A stretch of 64,000 nt of DNA from an uncultured Pseudanabaenaceae cyanobacterium (GTDB taxonomy: Bacteria > Cyanobacteriota > Cyanobacteriia > PCC-9006 > JAAUQQ01), in the NCBI GenBank assembly GCA_938021205.1, contig CALIGI010000151.1:2818-66817 (forward strand), given 5' to 3'. Below the pieces are notes generated by a model. That model saw nothing but the letters and a program-made list of their open reading frames with translations, was not told the DNA's origin and did no database searches. The position numbers and the translations under genes are program-made. This document shows positions 28,463 through 37,932 of the stretch, piece by piece (the stretch's first letter is position 1; every line of letters begins with the position of its first letter).

Positions 28463-28774
28463 TATCGCTGCCGGGTCGCTAGCTTCACTGCCAATATCAC
28501 CGTCATACAGGTCACCGTCTGGGTCAGCCGGAAAATGCTATGCTCCAGCAATAAGCATTTGTACGCAGACAGAGTATTTTGCACGGATGACACCAGCTTT
28601 AAGCTCGGGCCACACTGGTGAAATCACGGCAACATGGCTCACTATACAGGGCCTACGCAGGTGTGTTTGGAGTTAAACATTCGACTTATGATTTCTTCTG
28701 TATCAAACGGTTTACGGGCATCAGTATTGTCATCTAGGACTTTTAACGGACGGCAACCTGAGGCGAAGCAAGCT

Positions 28775-30163
28775 ATGGCTTCTATCTGGACGCGTCTTGA
28801 CTTGCCCGCTAGTCCGCTGTTTGGAACCGATGGGATTCGAGGTCGCGTGGGGGATATTCTCACGGCTCCCTTGGCGATGCAGGTGGGCTATTGGACGGGG
28901 CAGTTACTCCAGCGTGAAGCCGGTCGGGTTGGCCCTGTGATTGTTGGGCAAGACTCCCGTAATTCTGGTGATATGTTGGCTACGGCCTTAGCCTCGGGCC
29001 TAACGGCGGCGGGTTTGGAGGTGTGGAATTTGGGACTATGCCCTACGCCGGGGGTAGCTTACTTGACTCACCGCACTGAGGCGATTGGCGGCGTGATGAT
29101 TTCTGCTAGCCACAATCCACCGGAAGACAACGGTATCAAGATTTTTGGTCAGAGCGGGCATAAGGTTGCCAAGGTGCTGCAAGAGGAGATTGAGCAGGGG
29201 ATTCGTGGGTTGTGGCAGGGTGAAATTGCCGAGCCAGGCTACGGTAAATATCGTCATTGCCCCGAGATGATTGACCAGTATGTACTGGCCATGCGCGATT
29301 CTCTCAATACGAGTTCCCTCAAGGGCTTGAAGGTTGTATTGGACTTGGCCCATGGGGCGGCAGCTAAGCTTGCTCCAATGGTGTTTCGGACATTAGGCGC
29401 GGATTTGGTCTGTTTGCATGATGAGCCCTGTGGCGATCGCATCAATGTCAACTGCGGCTCCACTCACCTCAAGCGTTTGCAAACTGCCGTGCTGCAGCAC
29501 AATGCGGACTTGGGCTTTGCCTTTGATGGCGATGCCGATCGTCTCCTAGCGGTCAACCACGAAGGCAGCATTGTGGATGGTGATGGCATTCTTTTCCTTT
29601 GGGGGAAGCATCTGCGAGAGCAGGGCCAGTTGCCTGATGACACGATTGTGACGACGGTGATGTCGAACCTAGGTTTTGAGCGGGCTTGGGAAGCCCTGGG
29701 TGGCACCTTTGTGCGGACCCCCGTGGGCGACCAACATGTTCAGGCGGAGATGGCCAAGCGGGGGGCAACCCTGGGCGGTGAGCAGTCCGGCCATATCCTT
29801 TGCAGTCACTACGCTTTGACCGGCGACGGTCTGCTGACGGCGCTGCATATTTCAGCACTGGTTCATCAGGCCCAGGTGAGCTTGGCGGAGCAATTGTCTA
29901 GCAGCTTTACGCCTTACCCTCAGCTACTGCGCAATGTACGGGTTGAGGATCGGGAGAAGCGTCGCTGCTGGCAGGATTGTGCGCCTTTGATGGCGGTGAT
30001 TGCTGAGGCGGAAGCAGAGATGGGCGATCGCGGTCGCATTCTGGTTCGTCCTTCCGGTACGGAGCCTTTGATTCGCGTCATGGTTGAAGCCGCTGAGGAG
30101 TCTCTGGTAGAAGAGTGGACGGCGCGTTTGGCAGATGCGGTGACGGAGCATTTGGTCGCTTAA
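28775..30163 (+). CDS. glmM: Phosphoglucosamine mutase
   Basis: From the ATG at 28775 the protein reads [17 protein letters not shown], with the active-site loop '[16 protein letters not shown]', the metal site 'FDGDADR', and 'GGEQSGHI'. The ORF opens at 28634. Confidence 0.9.
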   Translation: MASIWTRLDLPASPLFGTDGIRGRVGDILTAPLAMQVGYWTGQLLQREAGRVGPVIVGQDSRNSGDMLATALASGLTAAGLEVWNLGLCPTPGVAYLTHRTEAIGGVMISASHNPPEDNGIKIFGQSGHKVAKVLQEEIEQGIRGLWQGEIAEPGYGKYRHCPEMIDQYVLAMRDSLNTSSLKGLKVVLDLAHGAAAKLAPMVFRTLGADLVCLHDEPCGDRINVNCGSTHLKRLQTAVLQHNADLGFAFDGDADRLLAVNHEGSIVDGDGILFLWGKHLREQGQLPDDTIVTTVMSNLGFERAWEALGGTFVRTPVGDQHVQAEMAKRGATLGGEQSGHILCSHYALTGDGLLTALHISALVHQAQVSLAEQLSSSFTPYPQLLRNVRVEDREKRRCWQDCAPLMAVIAEAEAEMGDRGRILVRPSGTEPLIRVMVEAAEESLVEEWTARLADAVTEHLVA

Positions 30164-30333
30164 AGCTACTGGGGCTAGGGCCTGCTCAGCTTTTTATTTG
30201 AGATTAGGTTGGCTTCTCGATGGAAGTTGATGGAAGTTGATGGAAATAAGCTGACTTTTCATCACATTGGTGTGAGTGAGCGTATCTCCTCTATGGTGGT
30301 GGCAGAACCATATTCTTCGCTGCGCAAGCATTA

Positions 30334-30951
30334 CTAGAGGAATGTGATTGTTCGATAGTTACGATGAATAATTCCCTCTGTCTGGAGATCTCGGAGTGTT
30401 CTGGATAATGCTTCGGGGCTTAAGCCGAGCTGCTCAGCGACCTCTCTAAAGGAGATGTCTAACTGGTAGGTGTTTCCGCTTGAGATCTCTAAGTTACGAA
30501 GGTATTCCAAGACCCTTGTCCGAGCAGAATTGAGGCAGCGTAGGCCCAGCAAGCTTCTGGTGGACTGTAGCCGTTCGATTAGCTCGGTGATGAAAATTAT
30601 GGCTAGGTCAGAATTTTGATGTAGCTGTTCTAAGACAGCTTGGCTGGAGATTTCGAAGAGCTGGGACGTTGTTGCCGCGATCGCTGAAGAACGATGAGTA
30701 CCATTAACGAGGGAAATTTCACCAAAACATTGTCCTGCTCTCACTAAATCTTGATGGGCAACCTGGCCATCGTTGGCATAGTAAACCAGCTTGATTTTGC
30801 CTGTCTTAACGCAGAAGAAACTTGAAGCAGGGTCCTGGGAGTGGAAGATGATTTCGCCGGACTTCAAGATGCGAGAGCTGGATGAATTGCGCAGGACTCC
30901 TGAATCAATGAGAGATTCAAGTGTTTGCGTAAAGGTCTCAGGTGAATCCAT
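30334..30951 (-). CDS. Crp/Fnr-family transcriptional regulator
   Basis: 205 aa. A cNMP-binding beta-roll ('FFCVKTGKIKLVYY...GQCFGEISL') is followed by a C-terminal HTH ('SFREVAEQLGLSPEALSRTLRDLQTEGII'). Confidence 0.85.
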   Translation of the reverse strand: MDSPETFTQTLESLIDSGVLRNSSSSRILKSGEIIFHSQDPASSFFCVKTGKIKLVYYANDGQVAHQDLVRAGQCFGEISLVNGTHRSSAIAATTSQLFEISSQAVLEQLHQNSDLAIIFITELIERLQSTRSLLGLRCLNSARTRVLEYLRNLEISSGNTYQLDISFREVAEQLGLSPEALSRTLRDLQTEGIIHRNYRTITFL

Positions 30952-31122
30952 AGGGGCAAGACCGGAACTACAAAATGATGTATTCCAATCTAGTGATGGA
31001 TAGTAAGAGCTCGATTAAAGGACTTAAAGCTTAGACCTAGATTTGCTGAGTATAGCCTGAAAGGTTTGATGACACATTCTCATTTTATGCTCAGCTCCTA
31101 ATCACTAGAATGGTTGTGCCTG

Positions 31123-32589
31123 CTATTTCTTCTTGTGAAGTTGAACCTGATAATTATCCTTAATCTTCCGTAGCGGAAACTGCACAAACTCAGCCTTGCC
31201 CAGGAGTGTCCAGTCAAATGATTGGAGTAGATGTATCGCAAACAGCTTGTTGCTAACCATAGCCATCTGTGCGCCTAGGCAAGCATGAACCCCACCGCCA
31301 AAGGGAATGAACTCATAGGCCCGACCTTCGCCTTGTTCTGGCAAGAAGCGTTCGGGATTGTAGGTGTCAGGATTGGTGAAGTGCTCCGTCATCGCGTGGG
31401 CAATCCGGGGTTCGGCGATGATGTTCCAGCCCTGCTTAAATAACATGCCGTCGAGCATCACAGATTTTATGAGGGTACGGGTAGCGGTGGAGCTGGGAGG
31501 CAGGATGCGAAGGGTTTCTTTGATAGTGGCGTCTAGGAAGGTGAGCTGTTTGAGCTGATCTAGAGTGGGCAGAGTGGCTGGGAGATTACGACCCAGGATT
31601 GCACCTTGCTCTGCTTGTAAGCGCGCAATGACCTCAGGATGCTCTCCGAGTTGATATGTCCAAGATGCGAGTAAACCGGAGACTTCGTAGTAAGAAGCCC
31701 AGAGTTGCAGAAGGCACTGGTTGGCAATGAGTTCATCGTTGAAGACACCACTAGGAGCATCTTGTTGTGCCATCAACATCATCGAGAGGAAGTCTGGCGT
31801 GGCGGCAAAGTCAGATTGCCGCTGCTGGGCAATGACAGCTTTCATAAAGTCCATCAGCTTGGCTCTGGCTCGCTTGCCTCGCCCAAAGGTGGTCAAGGGA
31901 TTGTTCCATTTGACCAGGCCGTAGAAGCCATCGAAGAAGGTTTTGTATTGCTGTTTGAGTTCTGCTTTTGTGGTGATGGGTAACCCAGCGAGGATAGAGT
32001 CGCCTTGGTCCAGGCGAATGCCGAGGAGGAGGGGGGCGAGGATGTCGAAGGTGACTTCTTCGATCATCGTCATCAGGCTGACGGGTTGGTCTGTGGGCCA
32101 GGTTTGCAGATGTTCAGTTAGGACTTGGTGCATGTGGGGCATGTAGTCGGCGAGCATGCGTCCGGTAAAGCCGGGGCGGAGAGCGCTTTTGCGATCGCGA
32201 TGCAAGTCAGGTCGCTGGAACAAACTATGCTCACCAAACATTTCCATCGTTGTGGCGGGCAGGCCAATTTGGGTATAGCTGTTGTCGCCGTTGAAGGCCA
32301 TCTTATTGGCTGGGGCAGAACCGACAAAAATAGTGGTGCCACCAAAGACGCTGGTTTTGAAGATGGGGCCGTATTCGGCGAGGTTGTCGCGACAGAATTT
32401 TTCGGGTTTGGCGATGTATGTCAGGGTGTCAGACCATTTGGGGTGACGGGGGGGCTCGCGATGGTTTGCGGGAGCTGCTTGGCGATCCGCCAAGATCACC
32501 AAGCTATCTGGAGCTGGATCCATAACGCAGTCTGACTCTGAGAGATACCTTTGCAGTCTAGGTGAAAAGTTAGTTGCTTGCGGAGCCAC
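31123..32589 (-). CDS. Cytochrome P450
   Basis: Contains the heme-thiolate loop 'FIPFGGGVHACLGAQMA', the ExxR motif 'ETLR', and the I-helix 'ASYYEVSG'. A later start (MDPAPD..) is possible. Confidence 0.9.
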   Translation of the reverse strand: MAPQATNFSPRLQRYLSESDCVMDPAPDSLVILADRQAAPANHREPPRHPKWSDTLTYIAKPEKFCRDNLAEYGPIFKTSVFGGTTIFVGSAPANKMAFNGDNSYTQIGLPATTMEMFGEHSLFQRPDLHRDRKSALRPGFTGRMLADYMPHMHQVLTEHLQTWPTDQPVSLMTMIEEVTFDILAPLLLGIRLDQGDSILAGLPITTKAELKQQYKTFFDGFYGLVKWNNPLTTFGRGKRARAKLMDFMKAVIAQQRQSDFAATPDFLSMMLMAQQDAPSGVFNDELIANQCLLQLWASYYEVSGLLASWTYQLGEHPEVIARLQAEQGAILGRNLPATLPTLDQLKQLTFLDATIKETLRILPPSSTATRTLIKSVMLDGMLFKQGWNIIAEPRIAHAMTEHFTNPDTYNPERFLPEQGEGRAYEFIPFGGGVHACLGAQMAMVSNKLFAIHLLQSFDWTLLGKAEFVQFPLRKIKDNYQVQLHKKK

Positions 32590-32950
32590 TGAAATTTACA
32601 GCCTCTTAAATAGGGGAAGCACTGTCCTCTTCAAGGGAGATGCTTGCTTAAACCCAGTAATCTTATAGGTTTCAACCACGCAATTTGATTAATCACCCTT
32701 AGGAAGGAAAGACGGTGCCCCAGAGAGAGCTCCCCCATTGTTCGGTCTCTACCCTAACTAATACGGTTTCTACGCCACCGATTCAATTGATAAAGATTTG
32801 AGCGCTAGGGAAATAGGTGGGACAAACCGTACCAAAGGTGAGGTTGCTACACCAACTTTTAGTAATTGCCTCACCTTTGTGGGATAGAAGCAACACCAGA
32901 GATTTTTGCGCAGGTTTGAGATGATGAATTTGTCGAACAGAGAGCGATGA

Positions 32951-33214
32951 ATGAAACCTTTTCTCCAGCCCCTTTATAACCTCTACAAGACTGTTCTTAA
33001 GAACCCTAAATATCGCTGGATTGCGATCGCTGGTAGCATTATCTATCTCCTCAGCCCTGTGGACCTCGTCACCGATTTTCTCCCCATTGTGGGGTGGATT
33101 GATGATGGCCTAGTTGCCACCCTGTTGGTCACAGAACTATCTCAGCTTCTCATGGAAAAGCGTAGAAATCAGCCCGATGAGAGGGTAGAAGACGAAACCA
33201 CAATTACCGTTTAG
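32951..33214 (+). CDS. YkvA/DUF1232-family membrane protein
   Basis: 87 aa. 'LSPVDLVTDFLPIVGWIDDGLVA' matches the DUF1232 core motif. Confidence 0.75.
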   Translation: MKPFLQPLYNLYKTVLKNPKYRWIAIAGSIIYLLSPVDLVTDFLPIVGWIDDGLVATLLVTELSQLLMEKRRNQPDERVEDETTITV

Positions 33215-33336
33215 TCTTCTATTCAAGTTCACCTTGTGATGGCCAAGGTGGGGATGCTCCCAACTACAGTCCATCGATATCGCTCTCTGCAATAAAGGAG
33301 AGCATCTCCCACCTAGTTGTTCAAAGGAGTCGAGTC

Positions 33337-34062
33337 ATGGCTAATACAATTAAACAGCAGCTCGCAACAGACTTGGAAAAAGTGAAGAGCCAAAGTGGCG
33401 ATCGCGTCAAACGCATCAAAACAATCGTAAAAACAGCCTTTACCGAAGCTGTTGCCGAAGTCAAAGACGGAACCCAAGAGGTCAAAACAACGTCACAGGA
33501 ATCCTTTCATAACGTCATTCAAACAGTCGCTCCCAAAGATCCAGCTCAAGCTGTGGTAACGGTTGTGGCCATGGAGGAGCATCCCGAAGTTTTTGCCCAA
33601 GAAGGCAATGCCCCGGAGGTTTTAGCAGCAGATGTCGCGCCAGAAACAGTTCCAGAAGTCACAATCGAGAATGACAAACTGACGATTGTTCAAGCGCTAT
33701 TAAAAGCGGCTAGCCTCAAGGCCAAATCCCTAGCGGGAAAGCAGTACAGCAAACTCAAAGAAGAGTTACCGGAACGTTTGGAACAGGTTAAGGAAAAGAC
33801 GACTGTTTGGGATGAGCAATTGAGCGATCGCTATGGCGATGACTACGCTGGTATTAAACAGCACTGGAACAAAGCCTTGGCTTGGTACCAAACCAAGCTA
33901 GAGGAGGGCAAAACCATTAATGCCCAGCCTCTGGAGCGCAAGCAAGCGCAAAAGGCTGAAGAGTTGAGTGACTTAGGGATAAAAGTTGCTCAAAAAGAAG
34001 AAGCTGTGAAACAACAAATCGGTCAAGCTCTCAGAACAATTACCGTGAATGCTCAGTCGTAA
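33337..34062 (+). CDS. Hypothetical Lys/Glu/Ala-rich, probably helical protein
   Basis: 241-aa ORF with no competing frames. I recognised no motif. Confidence 0.5.
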   Translation: MANTIKQQLATDLEKVKSQSGDRVKRIKTIVKTAFTEAVAEVKDGTQEVKTTSQESFHNVIQTVAPKDPAQAVVTVVAMEEHPEVFAQEGNAPEVLAADVAPETVPEVTIENDKLTIVQALLKAASLKAKSLAGKQYSKLKEELPERLEQVKEKTTVWDEQLSDRYGDDYAGIKQHWNKALAWYQTKLEEGKTINAQPLERKQAQKAEELSDLGIKVAQKEEAVKQQIGQALRTITVNAQS

Positions 34063-34207
34063 TCACGAGTCCTAGGCTAGAGACTTAAGATAAGCCCTAT
34101 TGCTTCCTCAGAAAATCAATTTGGATTTTTAAGTCTTGAAGTCGGTTTAAGTCACGCTGCAACAAAATCGAGTCAATCTTTAATTCTTTGAAACAAAGGA
34201 GTAACCT

Positions 34208-34393
34208 ATGTCTAGTCTATTGCGTTACGTTCTAGGAATCGCGGTTCCACCAGTGGGTATTTTCTTGACCTACGGCGTAGGCAGCCAGTTATTCATCAAT
34301 CTTGGTCTTTGCCTATTGGGTTGGGTTCCTGGCATCATCCATGCCCTGTGGGCCATTCCCAAGTTTACCGGTGACGATACGCTCACGATCTAG
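34208..34393 (+). CDS. Pmp3/YqaE (UPF0057) family small proteolipid
   Basis: 61 aa. 'AVPPVGIFLTYG...LINLGLCLLGWVPGIIHALWAI' fits the Pmp3 family pattern. Confidence 0.8.
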   Translation: MSSLLRYVLGIAVPPVGIFLTYGVGSQLFINLGLCLLGWVPGIIHALWAIPKFTGDDTLTI

Positions 34394-34462
34394 GTCTGAA
34401 CCCTCGGCAGCTTAGATTGCCCTGTTTCGAGTACAGCAAGTTAATAATTTGGAGCACATTCC

Positions 34463-34861
34463 ATGATTGGTTTTGCAATTACGACCCTAGTTACGGCCCT
34501 CAGCCTCTTTGTGGTGGACCTTGTAGTACCAGGGGTAACTATCGCCACCGTGACAGCCGCCATATTGGCAGCCATTTCCCTCGGATTAGTCAATGGCTTT
34601 GTTAAGCCTGTTCTGTCGATCCTATCCCTGCCTGTAACCTTTCTGACGCTAGGAGGCTTTTCCTTGGTGGTCAATGGTTTCTGCTTCTGGCTCGCTTCCT
34701 TGTTTGTACCTGGATTTATCGTCCATGGCTTCCTGGGTTTCATCCTTGGCCCCATTGCCCTCTCCTTCGTCAGTACTTTCCTAAGCAAGTATTTGGCTGA
34801 GAAAGGTCTATTCCCATCCCTCACAGGCCAAGACACCATGGCTATCGATGCGGGTGAGTAA
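34463..34861 (+). CDS. Phage-holin-4_2-like (YvlD-type) membrane protein
   Basis: 132 aa with four hydrophobic helices. 'FVVDLVVPGV...LVNGFVKPVL..LSLPVTFLTLGGFSLVVNG' resembles the PF04020-type family. Confidence 0.65.
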   Translation: MIGFAITTLVTALSLFVVDLVVPGVTIATVTAAILAAISLGLVNGFVKPVLSILSLPVTFLTLGGFSLVVNGFCFWLASLFVPGFIVHGFLGFILGPIALSFVSTFLSKYLAEKGLFPSLTGQDTMAIDAGE

Positions 34862-34923
34862 AGCGTAAAGAGATCGCCTCGTTGAGCGATTGCTAGCTTG
34901 TCGGCTAGCGTATTAATAAAAAA

Positions 34924-34956
34924 GCGACAGACCTTCAAACAAGGTCTGTCGCTTTT
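34924..34956 (+). terminator. Rho-independent terminator (A-tract upstream makes it potentially bidirectional)
   Basis: GCGACAGACCTT-caaac-AAGGTCTGTCGC forms a perfect 12-bp stem and is followed by TTTT. AAAAAA precedes it. Confidence 0.8.
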
Positions 34957-35310
34957 CGCCTTTAGTCTCAGCTTTTAAAAATTGGTTTCGCTGGCTTGAG
35001 GCAATTTCCCTGAGGGAAGTCCCAGAAATAAAACATCCCAACCTTAGTCTGATAGCGCTAGGAATACCTCCCCGGAACGCCTGGGGATAAATCCCCAGGC
35101 TAAGAGCTCAAGCTCAAGCTCACTAAAGTGGGCTGAAATCCAATAGCTTAGGGCTGTTCAGCCTAGGCTGTTTGATGGGCAAGGACGGACTTGAGCTTTG
35201 AGCTGTGAACTTTAGCTCACAGCAGCCAGACGAAGCCAAACTGGCAAGAGGTGAATGCAGAGCTGTTCATAGAACTGTCTTACTTCGGATGCTTTATTCC
35301 TAGGGAGTCC

Positions 35311-36249
35311 CTAAGTCACTCCAGCCGCTTTCAGCATGTGATAAGTAATCAATAATTGGGTAATCGCTAAGGGGAAACTTTGCAGCGCTTCTCCTGTGGT
35401 ACCTACGACTTTACCAATGTCTTCATTGCCATTAAGGCTACAAAACTGACCGAGGTGGGAGACTTCATTGCACAGCATGCGCTCCAAAGCTTGAACCTGA
35501 TCTGCGGTGGCATGGCCATCAATTTCTAGCAGGTCGGCGGGTTGGCCCATGTCTCGGGTCAGGCCCAGGCGAACAGCCGATTGCACCTGACTCACCCGGC
35601 TTTCCAAAACCTCGCTCAAATCAGGTTGGGAAATCGTGGGCCGCAGAATCAAACGTGCATCCAGGAGCAAGTCATTCTGATTCGCTTCATCCTCAGAAGG
35701 GCAGAAGCTCACGATGATGTCCGACCATTGGCGTTGGGGGCGAATAAAATGCTCCGAGTCATATTCTCGTTTGCGCATTTGCTCCATCACCTGCTCTTCA
35801 GTGTAGCCGCGCTTGCGAGTGTCTCGCTTGATCTTCCAAGAAGCTCGTAGATCTTCTGGAGGGGCTAGGTAGATTTTGACGTCATAGCAGTCCCGAGCCG
35901 TACGAGTCGAGTAGCCTAGCAAGCCCTCTACGATTACGAATTTCTTGGGCTGAATGTACTCAGGCGCATCAAAATCACCGCTGTGGTGGTTGTAGATCGG
36001 CTTGAGGATAGACTTTCCAGCCCGTAGCAGAGCTAAATGTTGCTCAATAATATCGAGGTAATTGCAGTCGGGGTGCAGGGCAGAAATGCCCATTTCGGCA
36101 CGCTGCTTACGGTCATAGCGATGGTAGTCATCGGTACAGATGACGGTAACTTCATCTTCGCCTAGGACCTTGGCAATGCCTCGGGTGAGCGTAGTTTTAC
36201 CGGCAGCACTGTCGCCAACGATACCCAGGATAATAGGGCGAGGACTCAT
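35311..36249 (-). CDS. Phosphoribulokinase/uridine-kinase family protein (divergent PRK-like paralog)
   Basis: Contains the P-loop 'GIVGDSAAGKTTL', 'VICTDDYHRYDRKQR', 'KPIYNH' and 'VIVEGL'. The ATG at 36249 (MSPRPIILG) is preferred. The ORF opens at 36303. Confidence 0.85.
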   Translation of the reverse strand: MSPRPIILGIVGDSAAGKTTLTRGIAKVLGEDEVTVICTDDYHRYDRKQRAEMGISALHPDCNYLDIIEQHLALLRAGKSILKPIYNHHSGDFDAPEYIQPKKFVIVEGLLGYSTRTARDCYDVKIYLAPPEDLRASWKIKRDTRKRGYTEEQVMEQMRKREYDSEHFIRPQRQWSDIIVSFCPSEDEANQNDLLLDARLILRPTISQPDLSEVLESRVSQVQSAVRLGLTRDMGQPADLLEIDGHATADQVQALERMLCNEVSHLGQFCSLNGNEDIGKVVGTTGEALQSFPLAITQLLITYHMLKAAGVT

Positions 36250-36558
36250 GGAAGTAGCTCTTGTAGGGGATTCAGCACCGGCACCAAACGGAAGGTTTTC
36301 CAACAGAATGGAATGGAACGGCGGCGTTTATGCATTATCTAACGAATTGAGCGAGCCCACACCTTAAAGATAAATCAAGGCATTTGACGGCGGATGAAGA
36401 TTAAGCAGCTTTCATAAGCCCGTGCGATCGCAAGACCTTCTGAGCAAGGATATGTTCAGAATTTTGTGTAAACCCGCTAAACTCTAACGAGATTATAGGG
36501 AATTAGTTTAGTCTAGCCCGATTTTCTAAATCCTCTCGCATTCCCCATAGGGGCTTAT

Positions 36559-37893
36559 ATGACACCCCTAGAACAACTCCGCACTGGCCAGCTTGCCGGT
36601 AGCAAACACTTTCAACTCGCCAGCGGCGTGACCGATTTTCCTTCAGAAATTTTTGACTTGGCTGACAGCCTCGAATTTCTCGACCTCTCCCATAACAACC
36701 TGAGCGCACTGCCAGACAACTTTAGTCAGCTTAAGCAGCTTAAGATCGTCTTCTTCAATAAAAATCAATTTGAGGAATTTCCTCCTGTCTTGGCAGATTG
36801 CCCCCAACTGTCCATGGTTAGCTTTAAGGGCAATCAATTGAAGGCGATCGCCCCCCAGGCGCTCTCTCCCAACTTCCGCTGGCTCATCCTCACCAACAAC
36901 CAGCTCACCTCACTTCCTAGCAATATCGGCCAACTCAAAAAACTACAAAAGCTAATGCTAGCCGGGAATCGGTTGCGATCGCTCCCTCCTGAATTAGCCA
37001 ACTGCCACAACCTTGAACTCATTCGCATCGCAGCCAACCAGCTGACGGAGTTCCCCACCTTTCTCCTAAAACTTCCTCGCCTCGCTTGGATTGCTTACGC
37101 GGGTAACCCGTTCTGCCAACCTGACATCACCTCTAAAACTGAATTACCCGTTGTTGATTCAGCGACCTTGAAAGTCGGCGAGATCTTGGGCCAAGGGGCT
37201 TCTGGCGTGATCTATCAAGGGAGCTGGAAGCCTCACAAGGGTGAGCAATCCCAAGCCGTCGCTATCAAAAAATTCAAAGGCGAAATCACCAGCGATGGCT
37301 CTCCCCTAGACGAAATGCGCGCCTGCATTGCCGCAGGTAGCCACCCAAACCTCGTCAGTGTCCTGGCGAAGTTAAATGAAAAAGCCGATAGCAATGGTCA
37401 AGCTGGTCTCCTGTTTGACCTGCTTGCCAAGGACTATCAGAACCTAGGTGGGCCACCTAGCTTAGACAGTTGTACCCGAGACACTTACAGCGATGAAACC
37501 CGCTTTACCCTGGAACAAATCCTCACCATCGCCAAAGGCATCGCCTCTGTCGTTGCCCACCTGCACCAGCGGGGTATTCTCCACGGCGACCTCTACGCCC
37601 ACAACATTCTTGTTAATCCTCAGGGTCACAGTATTCTGGGTGATTTTGGCGCGGCATCCTTCTACAACCCAGCGAATCAAGACATGGCTCAACCACTAGA
37701 GCAGCTAGAAGCTCGTGCCTTTGGCTGCTTGCTGGAAGACTTACTGGATCGCTATATCCCAGATGAGAACGAAACCAGTGCAGCGCAATCTAGCCTACGC
37801 AGCCTACGCCAACTCCAGCAAAACTGCATGACCAACAACCCTAGCGATCGCCCCAGTTTCACAGATATTTGCCAACAATTCTCCCACCTCTGA
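36559..37893 (+). CDS. Leucine-rich-repeat + protein kinase fusion
   Basis: The N-terminus carries about 7 LRRs (LxxLxLxxNxLxxLP, e.g. LEFLDLSHNNLSALPDNF). The C-terminal kinase domain has 'LGQGASGVIY', 'VAIKKFK', 'HGDLYAHNILV' and 'LGDFGAA'. Confidence 0.85.
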   Translation: MTPLEQLRTGQLAGSKHFQLASGVTDFPSEIFDLADSLEFLDLSHNNLSALPDNFSQLKQLKIVFFNKNQFEEFPPVLADCPQLSMVSFKGNQLKAIAPQALSPNFRWLILTNNQLTSLPSNIGQLKKLQKLMLAGNRLRSLPPELANCHNLELIRIAANQLTEFPTFLLKLPRLAWIAYAGNPFCQPDITSKTELPVVDSATLKVGEILGQGASGVIYQGSWKPHKGEQSQAVAIKKFKGEITSDGSPLDEMRACIAAGSHPNLVSVLAKLNEKADSNGQAGLLFDLLAKDYQNLGGPPSLDSCTRDTYSDETRFTLEQILTIAKGIASVVAHLHQRGILHGDLYAHNILVNPQGHSILGDFGAASFYNPANQDMAQPLEQLEARAFGCLLEDLLDRYIPDENETSAAQSSLRSLRQLQQNCMTNNPSDRPSFTDICQQFSHL

Positions 37894-37932
37894 AGCCAGC
37901 CAAACAGTCCTGACCTGCTACAATATATCCCC

